From contig CAVPCR010000001.1 in assembly GCA_963702435.1 (NCBI GenBank), positions 32,001 through 96,000 on the forward strand: a DNA stretch of 64,000 nucleotides, written 5' to 3'. The position numbers and the translations under genes were made by a program. A model generated the notes under the pieces. The model did not search any database and was not told the DNA's origin. It worked only from the letters and a program-made list of their open reading frames with translations. Below, piece after piece: positions 50,500 through 59,354 of this stretch. This stretch comes from Candidatus Eiseniibacteriota bacterium (GTDB taxonomy: Bacteria; Eisenbacteria; RBG-16-71-46; CAVPCR01). Numbering within the stretch: position 1 is the stretch's first letter; every line of letters begins with the position of its first letter.

Positions 50500-51435
50500 C
50501 TAGTCCTCGCTCTCGGCCAGCGGCGATTCCTCGGCCTCGGGCTCCAGATCCGGGTCCAGGTCGATATCGTCCGCAACTCCCTCGAGCTCGCCGGCGGCCC
50601 CGTTCGCGCCGATCGCCGCGCCCGCGAGGTAGTCCGCCTCCTCCTCATCCTCGTCGAACGCGATCTGCGGGCGCGGGCGCTTGGGCGGCTCCGGCGGCTG
50701 CCGCTCCCGGTAGATGCGATCGGCCTCGCGGAGCTGCGCGTGGTCGTTGATGCCCATGGCCTCGACCGGATCCTCGGCCTTGATCGCGCCGACCCGCTTT
50801 CCGGCCTGGCGGAGGATCCCGATCGCGTCGGTCAGGTAGAGCTCGCCCTGGCGGTTGTCGCCCTCGAGCCGGGCGAGGATGTGCGCGAGCTGCCGATAGT
50901 CGAAAACGTAGATGCTCGAGTTGATCTCGTGGATCTCGAGCTCCGCGGGCTTGGCGTCGCCGTGCTCGACGATGCGCGCGACGTCGCCGGACGCGTCGCG
51001 CACCACGCGCCCGTAGCCCGTCGGGTCGGCCACCTCCGCCGTGAAGAGCGTGGCGGCGTAGCCGCCCGCTTCGTGGAACTCGACGATATGGCGCATGGTC
51101 GCGGGGCGGACGAAGGGAGCATCGCCGGGCAGAACGAGACAGCTCCCGTCGTAATTGCCCACGTGGTCGGCAACCATCTGCACGGCGTGCCCGGTGCCGC
51201 GCTGATCGGCCTGCACCACGTACTCGACCGGATAGTCAACGAGCGACTCGATGACCATGTCGCGGCGATGGCCCACGACGATGACGACGCGGCCGAGACC
51301 CGACTTGAGCGAGGACTGGACCAGGTGCTCGATGATGGGCTTCCGGCCGACGCGATGAAGCACCTTGGGGAGGACGGAGTGCATCCGTTTCCCCTCCCCG
51401 GCAGCCAGGATGACGGTGAGCGCACGAACCGGCAT
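50500..51435 (-). CDS. GlmU-type uridylyltransferase domain only, with acidic tail
   Basis: LAAGEGKRM.S.LPKVLH, GTGHAV, GYGRVVR and ELYLTD. There is no hexapeptide acetyltransferase domain. Confidence 0.85.
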   Translation of the reverse strand: MPVRALTVILAAGEGKRMHSVLPKVLHRVGRKPIIEHLVQSSLKSGLGRVVIVVGHRRDMVIESLVDYPVEYVVQADQRGTGHAVQMVADHVGNYDGSCLVLPGDAPFVRPATMRHIVEFHEAGGYAATLFTAEVADPTGYGRVVRDASGDVARIVEHGDAKPAELEIHEINSSIYVFDYRQLAHILARLEGDNRQGELYLTDAIGILRQAGKRVGAIKAEDPVEAMGINDHAQLREADRIYRERQPPEPPKRPRPQIAFDEDEEEADYLAGAAIGANGAAGELEGVADDIDLDPDLEPEAEESPLAESED

Positions 51436-51443
51436 GGAGCCTC

Positions 51444-52343
51444 CTACCGGGTGGGACGGCGTCCCCCGCGGCCGGCGCCGTCGCGCGCGCCGCCGAGGCG
51501 GACGATCACGTTGTCGATCAGGCGGGCCCGCCCCAGCCGGGCGGCAACCGCGATCAGGACGTCTTGTGGAATGCGATCATGCGGAAGGAGATCGCGCAAG
51601 TCAACCAGGTCCACGTACTCGGGCCGGAGGAGCGGCGCGCGCCGGAGGCGGGCCTCGATGGCGCGCCGAACGGCGCGCGCCGAGCGCTCCCCCGCACCGA
51701 GCGCGGCCACCCCGGCGCGCAGCGCCGCGTAGATCGCCGGAGCCGCGGCCCGCTCCGCCGGGGTCAGGTACGCGTTCCGCGAGCTCATGGCGAGCCCGTC
51801 GGGCTCACGCACGGTCGGGCAGACGAGGAGCTCGACCGGCACATCCAGGTCCTCGATCATGCGCCCGACGAGGATCGCCTGCTGCGCGTCCTTCTGTCCG
51901 AGGAGGAGCACGTCGGGCTCGACGTGATGGAGGAGCTTGAGCACGACGGTCGCCACGCCCGCGAAGTGGCCGGGCCGGAAGGCACCGCACAGGCGGTCGG
52001 CAAGGCCGCGGACCTCGACGCTCGTGCGAAAGCCCGCCGGGTACATGGCGTCGGCCGTGGGGATGTAGACGAGATCGGCCCCGGCGCGCCGGGCGAGCGC
52101 GAGATCGCGGCGCTCGCGGCGCGGGTAGGCGCGGTAGTCCTCGCGCGGGCCGAACTGGAGCGGGTTGACGAAGATCGAGAGGACGACGCGGTCGCCGGCG
52201 CCCCGGGCGCGGCGGAGGAGCGACGCATGGCCGGCATGGAGAGCGCCCATGGTCGGGACGAAGGCGGTGCGGAGGCCCCGCGCGCGCAGGCGGCGCGACG
52301 CGGCGCGCATCGCCGCCGGATCCCGGATGATCTCGATCGCCAT
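51444..52343 (-). CDS. panC: Pantoate--beta-alanine ligase
   Basis: PTMGALHAGH, FVNPLQF, RPGHFAGV, GQKDAQQ, GLAMSSRN and RLIDN. Confidence 0.95.
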   Translation of the reverse strand: MAIEIIRDPAAMRAASRRLRARGLRTAFVPTMGALHAGHASLLRRARGAGDRVVLSIFVNPLQFGPREDYRAYPRRERRDLALARRAGADLVYIPTADAMYPAGFRTSVEVRGLADRLCGAFRPGHFAGVATVVLKLLHHVEPDVLLLGQKDAQQAILVGRMIEDLDVPVELLVCPTVREPDGLAMSSRNAYLTPAERAAAPAIYAALRAGVAALGAGERSARAVRRAIEARLRRAPLLRPEYVDLVDLRDLLPHDRIPQDVLIAVAARLGRARLIDNVIVRLGGARDGAGRGGRRPTR

Positions 52344-52395
52344 GGTCGCTTCGTTCTTTCGCGTGACGCGTCCTGCCGTGTCAGTCGTAGGCGTG

Positions 52396-53265
52396 TCAGT
52401 CGTAACAGTGCGCCGGAGCGGGGTAGGCGCCGCTACGCACCTCGGCCGCGAAACCGGCGACCGCCGCCTCGAGGGCCTTCCCGACCTCGCCGTAGCGCTT
52501 GACGAAGCGCGGCAGCGGTTCCGCGGTCAGGCCGGCGAGATCGTGCAGCACGAGGACCTGGCCGTCGGTTCCCGGCCCGGCGCCGATGCCGATCGTGGGC
52601 ACCGGGACCGCGGCGGTGATCCTCCTCCCGAGCTCCTGCGGAATCCCTTCGAGCACGATGAGAAGGACGCCCGCCTCGACCAGCGCCTCGGCATCGGCGA
52701 GGAGCGCTGCGGCGGCCGCCTCGCCCCGCCCCTGCACGCGGTAGCCCCCGAAATGGAGGATCGATTGCGGGGTCAGGCCGAGGTGCCCGATGACCGGGAT
52801 GGACGCCCGCGTGATGGCGGCGACGACCGGCGCCATCGTCCGGCCGCCCTCGAGCTTGACGCAATCGGCCCCCCCCTCGGCGACGAGCCGTCCTGCGTTC
52901 TCGACCGCGCGCTCCGGGCTCACCTGGAAGGAGAGAAAGGGCATGTCGGCAGCGAGGAGCGACCGCGGGCGCGCGCGCGCGGCGGCCGCCGTGTGCCGCA
53001 CCATGTCGTCCATGGTGACGCGGAGGGTCGATTCGTAGCCGAGGACGACCATGCCGAGCGAGTCGCCGACGAGGATCACGTCGACCCCCGCCCGATCCAC
53101 GATCCGCGCGGTCGGCGTGTCGTACGCCGTGACCATCACGATCGGCTCGCGGCCCTTCTTCTTCGCGAGATCCTCGATCGTCACGCGCCGCGGCGGCGCC
53201 GCCGGCTTCGCGCCGGCACCGGAGGCCTCAGATGCGTCCGCCCGGCGAGTAGTAGGCGATTCCAT
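52396..53265 (-). CDS. panB: 3-methyl-2-oxobutanoate hydroxymethyltransferase
   Basis: TAYD, LVGDSLG, KLEGG, HLGLTPQ and IGIGAG..DGQVLV. Confidence 0.95.
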   Translation of the reverse strand: MESPTTRRADASEASGAGAKPAAPPRRVTIEDLAKKKGREPIVMVTAYDTPTARIVDRAGVDVILVGDSLGMVVLGYESTLRVTMDDMVRHTAAAARARPRSLLAADMPFLSFQVSPERAVENAGRLVAEGGADCVKLEGGRTMAPVVAAITRASIPVIGHLGLTPQSILHFGGYRVQGRGEAAAAALLADAEALVEAGVLLIVLEGIPQELGRRITAAVPVPTIGIGAGPGTDGQVLVLHDLAGLTAEPLPRFVKRYGEVGKALEAAVAGFAAEVRSGAYPAPAHCYD

Positions 53266-53905
53266 GGCGGTGCCTCTCGATCTCCCGGATCAGGTCCTCG
53301 AGGTCGTCGGCGCGCGCATCGAAATCGACGCGCGAGGAGTTCACGATGAGAACCGGAGCCAGGTCGTAATGGAAGAAGAAGTGATTGTAGGCGTCGTTCA
53401 GCTGGCGGATGTACTCGCGGTCGATCCGGCGCTCGAAGGGCCGGCCGCGTTCGCGAATGCGCTCGAGCAGGGTCTCGACCGTGTGCTGGAGATAGACCAC
53501 CTTGTCCGGCACCGGGACTTCGCGCTCGAGGATGTTGGCGATGCGGTCATACATCGCGAGCTCGTGATCGGAGAGGGTCAAGTTGGCGAAGATGCGGTCC
53601 TTCTGGAAGACGTAGTCCGCGATCACCACCTCGCGGAAGAGGTCGGGCTGCTTCAACTCCATCTGCTGGGCGTGGCGGGAGAGGAGGAAGAAGAGCTGCG
53701 TCTGGAACGCGAAGCGATTTCGATCCCGATAGAATGACTTGAGGAAGGGGTTCTCCTCGACCGCCTCGAGCACGGGCTCGACGCCGTAGCGCTCGGCGAG
53801 CCGTCCCGCGAGCGTGGTCTTCCCCGCCCCGATCACGCCCTCGACCGCGATGTGACCGCGCAGTCGCGGCGCGACGTCCTTGTCGGCGACCTTGTCGGCT
53901 GCCAC
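53228..53905 (-). CDS. Deoxynucleoside kinase family protein
   Basis: EGVIGAGKTT, ENPFL, QLFFLLSR, DRIFA and RGRPFE. Confidence 0.9.
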   Translation of the reverse strand: MAADKVADKDVAPRLRGHIAVEGVIGAGKTTLAGRLAERYGVEPVLEAVEENPFLKSFYRDRNRFAFQTQLFFLLSRHAQQMELKQPDLFREVVIADYVFQKDRIFANLTLSDHELAMYDRIANILEREVPVPDKVVYLQHTVETLLERIRERGRPFERRIDREYIRQLNDAYNHFFFHYDLAPVLIVNSSRVDFDARADDLEDLIREIERHRHGIAYYSPGGRI

Positions 53906-53919
53906 CGCGCTCGAGGTCC

Positions 53920-54417
53920 CTAGATCGACAGCCGCCCGCGCCGGCGCACGCCGTTGTCGGCGGGCAAGCGGTCGCGGAGCTCCGCCATGGTGAGGCCGAG
54001 CACGGGATGCTCGAGATCCGCCGCCAGCTCGGCCAGGGGCACGAGAACGAACGCCCGCTCGTGGAGGAGCGAGTGGGGCACGGTGAGGCCCGGCTCGTCG
54101 ATGACCTCGTCACCGTAGATGAGGATGTCCAGATCGAGCGGTCGCGGCCCCCAGCGCTGGGAGCGGACGCGCCCGAGTCGGCGCTCGATCAAGAGGAGAT
54201 TCCAGAGGAGGACGTCGGGTTCGAGCGCGGTTTCGATCATGACGACCGCATTGAGGAAGCGTGGCTGATCCACCTCCCCCACCGGCTCGGTGTCGTAGAT
54301 GGAGGAGATCCGCACGACCTGGGTCTCGGTGAGCTGATCGAGCTCATCGAGCCCCCGCCGGAGCATCTCCACCCGGTCGCCCAGGTTGGAGCCCATGGAG
54401 ATGTAGACCGCTGTCAC
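53920..54417 (-). CDS. folK: 2-amino-4-hydroxy-6-hydroxymethyldihydropteridine pyrophosphokinase
   Basis: GSNLGDR, FLNAV, WGPRPLDLDIL and ERAFVLVPL. Confidence 0.95.
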   Translation of the reverse strand: MTAVYISMGSNLGDRVEMLRRGLDELDQLTETQVVRISSIYDTEPVGEVDQPRFLNAVVMIETALEPDVLLWNLLLIERRLGRVRSQRWGPRPLDLDILIYGDEVIDEPGLTVPHSLLHERAFVLVPLAELAADLEHPVLGLTMAELRDRLPADNGVRRRGRLSI

Positions 54418-54947
54418 CTTGCCGTGCCTCGACGTTGTTGCTTCGCTGGTTGGCCGGCCGCTCGGGTGGCCGCGGGGCCGGCCTTTCCGCCGGCCGCTCG
54501 GGCCGCCGCGGGGCCGGCCTTTCCGCTGGCCTCCGGTAGCCTCCCGGTCCGGCGCGCCCCGGAGCGCCGCGCCACCCGGCCGGGTCCACCCTGGGCCGCA
54601 GCTTCCCTGGTCAGCTCCACCTCGACGCGCCCGCCTGAAAGCGGCAGGTTCGTCTTCCTAATGCGCACCGTGGCGCGGCGGGCACCGAACCGGGCGAGAA
54701 GCCGATCGGCGACCGTCGCGGCCAGGGACTCGAGGAGCTTGAAGCGGTCATCGCGGACGACCGCTCGCACCTCCTCGTGAATATCCATGTAGTTTACCGT
54801 GTCTCGGACCTGGTCGGAAGCGGCTGCCGGGGCCAGGTCCAGGTCGAGCTCCACGTCCAGCTCGAGGAGGGTCCCGGCCTCCCGCTCGGCCCGGCTCACC
54901 CCGTGGTGGCCGAAGAAGGGGACGTTCAGGAGACGGATGGCGCCCAC
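54414..54947 (-). CDS. folB: Dihydroneopterin aldolase with low-complexity C-terminal extension
   Basis: FFGHHGV...E, TVNY, LLESLA and VRIRK, between the aminotransferase and folK. Confidence 0.88.
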   Translation of the reverse strand: MGAIRLLNVPFFGHHGVSRAEREAGTLLELDVELDLDLAPAAASDQVRDTVNYMDIHEEVRAVVRDDRFKLLESLAATVADRLLARFGARRATVRIRKTNLPLSGGRVEVELTREAAAQGGPGRVARRSGARRTGRLPEASGKAGPAAARAAGGKAGPAATRAAGQPAKQQRRGTAR

Positions 54948-56107
54948 AGCCCGGACTCCTTGAGCCGCGTCACCGCCAGGCGGACCTGGTCGACGCCGGC
55001 GCAGAGGGCGAGGCGGAACCACCCCTCCCCGTTCGGCCCGAACCCGACCCCCGGCGTGACAACGACACCGGTCGCATCGAGGACGCGGCTCGCGAACTCG
55101 ATCGAGCGCATGTCGCCGGGCACGCGCGCCCACACGTAGAAGGTGCCGCCGGGCGGGAAGACTTCGATGCCGAGCTCGCGCAGCCCCGCAATCGCCACCT
55201 GCCGCCGTTCCGCGTAGACGCGGCGGAGCTCCGGCAGATGCTCCTCGATCAGGGCGAAGCCGCCCGCAGCGGCCATCTGGATCGCGCCCGGCGAGCCCGA
55301 GTCGAGGTTCGACTTGAGGGCGACGAGCGCCTTGATCGCGGTCGCGTTTCCGGCCGCCCATCCCATGCGCCAGCCGGTCATGTTGAAGGTCTTCGAGAAG
55401 GAGCCGATCTCGATCGTTACGTCCTTGGCGCCGTCGATCTCGAGAATCGAAGGCGCCGGCTCGTCGGCCATCTCGAGATAGGCCGAGTCGGCGGCGATGA
55501 GCACGTGATGCTGATGCGCGAGCTCGACCAGGCGGGCGTAGAAGTCGCGCGTGGCGACCGCGCCGGTCGGGTTGTTGGGATAGTTGACGAAGACGAGTCG
55601 CGCCTGGCTGAAACCGCCGGCCTCGAGCGCGGCGAGGTCGGGCAGGAATCCGAGCTCCGGCTTGAGCGGCATGAAGCGCGGCGCGCCGCCCGCGAACACG
55701 GTGCCCGAGAGGTAGACCGGGTAGCCCGGATCGGGGATCCACACCTCCTCGCCCGGGTTGACGAGCGCGAGCGGCAGGTGCCCGATGCCCTCCTTCGAAC
55801 CGATGAGGTTCGTGATCTCGGTGTCGGGATTGAGCGTGACCCCGTGCCGGCGCCTGTACCAGGCCGCGATCTCCTCGCGGAAGGCGCGAAGCCCCTGCGT
55901 GGGCGGATAGCGGTGGTGGGCGGGATCGCGGGCCTCGGCGGCGATGCGCTCGAGGATCGGGTCGGGGGTGGGGAGGTCGGGGTCGCCGACTCCCAGGTCG
56001 ATCACGTCGAGGCCCTTGGCGCGCCGCTTCTCCTTCTTCCGGTCGATCTCGGCGAAGAGATACGGCGGCAATTGGGCCAGACGATCGGCGGGCTTAAAGT
56101 CAAGCAT
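54926..56107 (-). CDS. dapL: LL-diaminopimelate aminotransferase-like class I/II PLP enzyme
   Basis: LPPYLFAEID, DLGVGDPD, GSKEGI, NYPNNPTG and SFSKTFNMTGWR. Confidence 0.8.
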   Translation of the reverse strand: MLDFKPADRLAQLPPYLFAEIDRKKEKRRAKGLDVIDLGVGDPDLPTPDPILERIAAEARDPAHHRYPPTQGLRAFREEIAAWYRRRHGVTLNPDTEITNLIGSKEGIGHLPLALVNPGEEVWIPDPGYPVYLSGTVFAGGAPRFMPLKPELGFLPDLAALEAGGFSQARLVFVNYPNNPTGAVATRDFYARLVELAHQHHVLIAADSAYLEMADEPAPSILEIDGAKDVTIEIGSFSKTFNMTGWRMGWAAGNATAIKALVALKSNLDSGSPGAIQMAAAGGFALIEEHLPELRRVYAERRQVAIAGLRELGIEVFPPGGTFYVWARVPGDMRSIEFASRVLDATGVVVTPGVGFGPNGEGWFRLALCAGVDQVRLAVTRLKESGLWAPSVS

Positions 56108-56113
56108 GGTGGG

Positions 56114-56142
56114 AAGTTAGTGGAGGCTACTGAGATTGTCAA
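56114..56142 (-). promoter_or_regulatory. Sigma70-type promoter, probably giving a leaderless dapL mRNA
   Basis: TTGACA-N17-TAACTT with the ATG 6 nt after the -10 and no RBS. Confidence 0.7.
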
Positions 56143-56305
56143 GAATCGGCTGCGACGCGCCGGCAGCGGAGATACGGCGGCGACACCGGGGTTTGATTCC
56201 CCGGACCGCTATCCCCTACCATCCGGGCGCGGCGGCATCGAGTCCCGCCGCCCCTGAAACCACCCGCGCCGTTCCACGGAGTGTCCCGACGGAGTGTCCC
56301 GACCC

Positions 56306-57175
56306 ATGACCATCGAATCGTTTCTCGAGACCGCCTGGAGCGACCACGGCGACAAGCCGGAAGAAGTCGCGGATCGGCTCGCCGGCGCGCTGCACCTCGT
56401 GCAAGCACCCGAGCACATCCCGCTCTTCGTGCGCCTGGCGACGCACGTCTATGGCGAGCACCTCGGCCAGTGGCAGCGCGGCATCGCGCTGCTCGAATCC
56501 CTCGGCGCCATCCCCGCCTTCGACGGGAGCGAGACCGTCCGCGGACCCCTCCGCCGCAGCATTGCGGCCTTGCGCTATGCCGGCGGGGACGGTGCCGCCC
56601 TGGAGTCGCTGTCGTCCGAGGATCGCGCTTCCGTCCTGGCCACGGCGGCGGCCGCGTTCACGGGCCGCAATGAGCTGAAGCCGGCGATCGCCGCTTACTC
56701 CGCTGCCTTGGAGCTCGCGAAGGAGGGTCTGCCTGCGGGCTCGCCGGCCACCCGCGCGCTCGCGATCGCGGGCAACAATCTCGCGGCGGTCCTCGAGGAG
56801 AAGAAGGACCGGGATGGCGTCGAAACGCAGGGGATGATCGCCGCTGCTCGGGGCGGACTACAGTACTGGAAGCTTGCCGGCACGTGGCTCGAGGAGGAGC
56901 GGGCCGAGTACCGGCTCGCGCGGAGCCTCATCCAGGCCGGCCAGGCGGAAGCTGCGAAGCAGAGCGCAGAGCGGTGCATCGACGTCTGCAAGCGGAACAA
57001 CGCGCCGGCCTTCGAGCAGTTCTTTGGCTACGCCGTGCTCGCCCTGGCCCAGCGCGCTTCCGGACAGACGAGCGCGTTCGAGGAGTCGAAGCGAGTGGCA
57101 CGAAGCCTCTTCGATCAGGTCCCGCAGGAAGAGCGGTCGTGGTGCGAGGCAGAGCTCAAGGAGCTCGAGGCCTGA
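56306..57175 (+). CDS. Hypothetical all-helical (TPR-like) protein
   Basis: Coherent 289-aa ORF with NNLA and AEYRLARS helical motifs, on the opposite strand to the flanking core genes. Confidence 0.75.
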   Translation: MTIESFLETAWSDHGDKPEEVADRLAGALHLVQAPEHIPLFVRLATHVYGEHLGQWQRGIALLESLGAIPAFDGSETVRGPLRRSIAALRYAGGDGAALESLSSEDRASVLATAAAAFTGRNELKPAIAAYSAALELAKEGLPAGSPATRALAIAGNNLAAVLEEKKDRDGVETQGMIAAARGGLQYWKLAGTWLEEERAEYRLARSLIQAGQAEAAKQSAERCIDVCKRNNAPAFEQFFGYAVLALAQRASGQTSAFEESKRVARSLFDQVPQEERSWCEAELKELEA

Positions 57176-57534
57176 CGACAGGGGACGCATGGCGATGTGG
57201 CGCACGGCGCCCAGGGTCCCGGCATCCCGGCGCATCCGCGTGGCCGACCAACGAAAGGCGGCGAGGGCGCGCGGGTGTCGCCGCCACGGCGATGGTTCGC
57301 GTCGTTGACGAAAGTGACAACGGCGTGCGCAGTCATCCCGGCAGCGGAGCACCGGCGCTCCGGAGCATCTCGCCGCTCCAGACCGGCCATCACACTGCAG
57401 GTATTGGTCTTGAGTGGACAGCCCGACCGTGCGTCGGGTCGGCTGCTCCATGGGTCTCGCGCGGCATGCATCGTGCTTTCTGTGGAACGGGACCCGGCGC
57501 TTGGCCGCGAAGGTGGCGCGGCAGCCGGGCCAGG

Positions 57535-57670
57535 GAGTTCACAAGACCCGACAGCGTTTGACGCGGGGGTGGCGCGGCCGGGGCGGAGAGTTCACAAGAC
57601 CCGACAGCGTTTGACGCGGGGGGGGCCGGCCGGGGCGAGGAGTTCACAAGACCCGACAGCATTTGACGCG
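57535..57670. repeat. Three tandem copies (period 52-53) of core GAGTTCACAAGACCCGACAGCGTTTGACGCG
   Basis: Cores at 57535-57565, 57588-57618 and 57640-57670 (one mismatch in the third). Confidence 0.95.
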
Positions 57671-57712
57671 AAGTCAGGAGGCTCGTGACCCGACCCGAAA
57701 CTAGAGGTGGCA

Positions 57713-58387
57713 ATGAAGATCGCTGAAATCTGGCGATATCCGGTCAAGACGATGGCTGGAGAGAAACTAGAACGGGCAGCCGTAGGGTCCCTCGGTATCG
57801 AAGGTGATCGGGTCGTACATGTCGAGGACGCCAAGGGCAGGGTGATCACCTCCCGTTCGCATCCGCGCTTTCTGGGCCGTAAGGGCTCGCTGAGCCCGCA
57901 TGGCGAGATCATGGTCGACGGTCGGCCCTGGGACAGTCCGGAGGTCGCCGCCGAGGTCATAGATATTGTCGGCCCGGGCGCAAGGCTTGTGCGCTACGAC
58001 GGCGCCGAGCGCTTCGACGTGTTGCCGCTGCTGGTGGCCACCGATGGCGCGATCGCCGCCTTTGGCCATGACCGACGCCGCTTGCGGCCAAACATCGTGG
58101 TTGGCGGCGTCGAGGGCCTGACCGAGAGAGAGTGGCCGGGCGCGTGCCTGCGAATTGGCAAAGTCCTCATCGGTGTCCAGGATCTGCGTCTGCGCTGCAT
58201 CATGACTTCGTACGACCCCGACACCCAAGTCCAGGACAAGGAAATCACGCGAGGCATCTACCAGCGGTTCGACGGTAAGCTTGCGCTCAACTGCTTCGTG
58301 ATCGAAGGCGGCGAGATCACCCTTGGCGACGAGGTCCAACTGGTGCGGGGGCGTTCTTGCGCTGAACCCGCGGCGTTCATCGAGTAG
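57713..58387 (+). CDS. MOSC domain protein
   Basis: IWRYPVK, GIEGDR, RRLRPNIVV and LRCIMT..DPDT. RBS GAGG. Confidence 0.9.
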   Translation: MKIAEIWRYPVKTMAGEKLERAAVGSLGIEGDRVVHVEDAKGRVITSRSHPRFLGRKGSLSPHGEIMVDGRPWDSPEVAAEVIDIVGPGARLVRYDGAERFDVLPLLVATDGAIAAFGHDRRRLRPNIVVGGVEGLTEREWPGACLRIGKVLIGVQDLRLRCIMTSYDPDTQVQDKEITRGIYQRFDGKLALNCFVIEGGEITLGDEVQLVRGRSCAEPAAFIE

Positions 58388-58450
58388 GCCAGTCGGTGTC
58401 GCCGATGCTCAGGCGCGGCTGACGCCGAACGGGTGGCGCGGCCGGGCGAG

Positions 58451-58533
58451 GAGTTCACAAGACCCGACAGCGTTTGACGCGGGGGTGGCGCGGCCGGGCG
58501 AGGAGTTCACAAGACCCGACAGCGTTTGACGCG
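58451..58533. repeat. Two further tandem copies of the same 31-bp core (period 52), same orientation
   Basis: Cores at 58451-58481 and 58503-58533. Confidence 0.95.
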
Positions 58534-58554
58534 GGGGCGCGGTCACCCTGCCGC

Positions 58555-59283
58555 TCAGGTGTGCTGCCGCCGCGCCTTCGGCGCATCGTCGTCGGCCCGA
58601 GCCGCGGCGATGGCTGCGATCGGCCCTGGAGCCAGGGGAGCGAGCGCCGCAGCGGCCGCGACCAGGGTGGCGCCGGTCGTGACCACATCGTCCACCAGGA
58701 GGACGGGCCGCGCTTGAGCCCCCGCGCATCGCGCGCGCCCCCGGGGCGCAGCGAGCGCGAAGGCGCCGGCCACATTCGCAGCGCGCTCCGAGCGCCCGAG
58801 CGCGGTCTGCGAGCGCGTGGCGCGACGGCGGACGAGGACCGGGGCAATCTGCAGGGCCGGCGCCGCCGCGGCGATCGCCTGAGCGAGCAGCATGCTCTGA
58901 TTGTATCCGCGCGCGCACTCGCGCCGGGGATGGAGCGGAATCGGCACGAGGAGCGGGGGATCCGCCAGCGGCTCGCCGATCAGCAGTCCGCCGGCGGTCA
59001 TCCGCTGCGCGAGGAAGCGCGCCACATCGCGCCGGCCATGATACTTGAGCGCATGCGCGAGAGCGCGCGCGGGCCCCGCGTGCGCGAAGAGCGCGCGCAC
59101 GCGGAGATCGGCGACCAGAAGCGGCGCCGGCGGCGCCCCTAGCCCATCCGTGCACGCAGCGCACAGCGGCTCGCCAGGGACCGGGGGATTGCCGCAGGCA
59201 ACGCAGGCGCGCGGCACGAGCAGATCAAAGAGAGTGGCCGCCCCGCCGCGGAGCGCAGCGAACGCGACGATTCGCGGGCTCAT
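58555..59283 (-). CDS. comF: ComF family protein (zinc ribbon + phosphoribosyltransferase-like)
   Basis: CVAC..CAAC, ALKY, PIPLH, RGYNQ and LVDDVVTTGAT. Confidence 0.88.
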   Translation of the reverse strand: MSPRIVAFAALRGGAATLFDLLVPRACVACGNPPVPGEPLCAACTDGLGAPPAPLLVADLRVRALFAHAGPARALAHALKYHGRRDVARFLAQRMTAGGLLIGEPLADPPLLVPIPLHPRRECARGYNQSMLLAQAIAAAAPALQIAPVLVRRRATRSQTALGRSERAANVAGAFALAAPRGRARCAGAQARPVLLVDDVVTTGATLVAAAAALAPLAPGPIAAIAAARADDDAPKARRQHT

Positions 59284-59354
59284 GTCCGAGCGGCGGAGCA
59301 AAAGCCACGCCAGAGAGCCACGCCGGAGAGCCCGGCCGCAGCCCCTCCCGCGAC

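Noticed and set aside
57557..57700. TTGACG in the repeat cores acting as a promoter for the MOSC gene
   Set aside because: No plausible -10 hexamer lies 16-18 nt downstream of any copy.
57671..58430. Classical integron cassette with attC
   Set aside because: Only a GCCGAAC resembling an inverse core is present. I found no matching GTTRRRY, attC hairpin or intI.
57535..58533. CRISPR array
   Set aside because: The 21-22-nt intervening sequences are near-copies of each other rather than unique spacers, and no cas genes are in the window.
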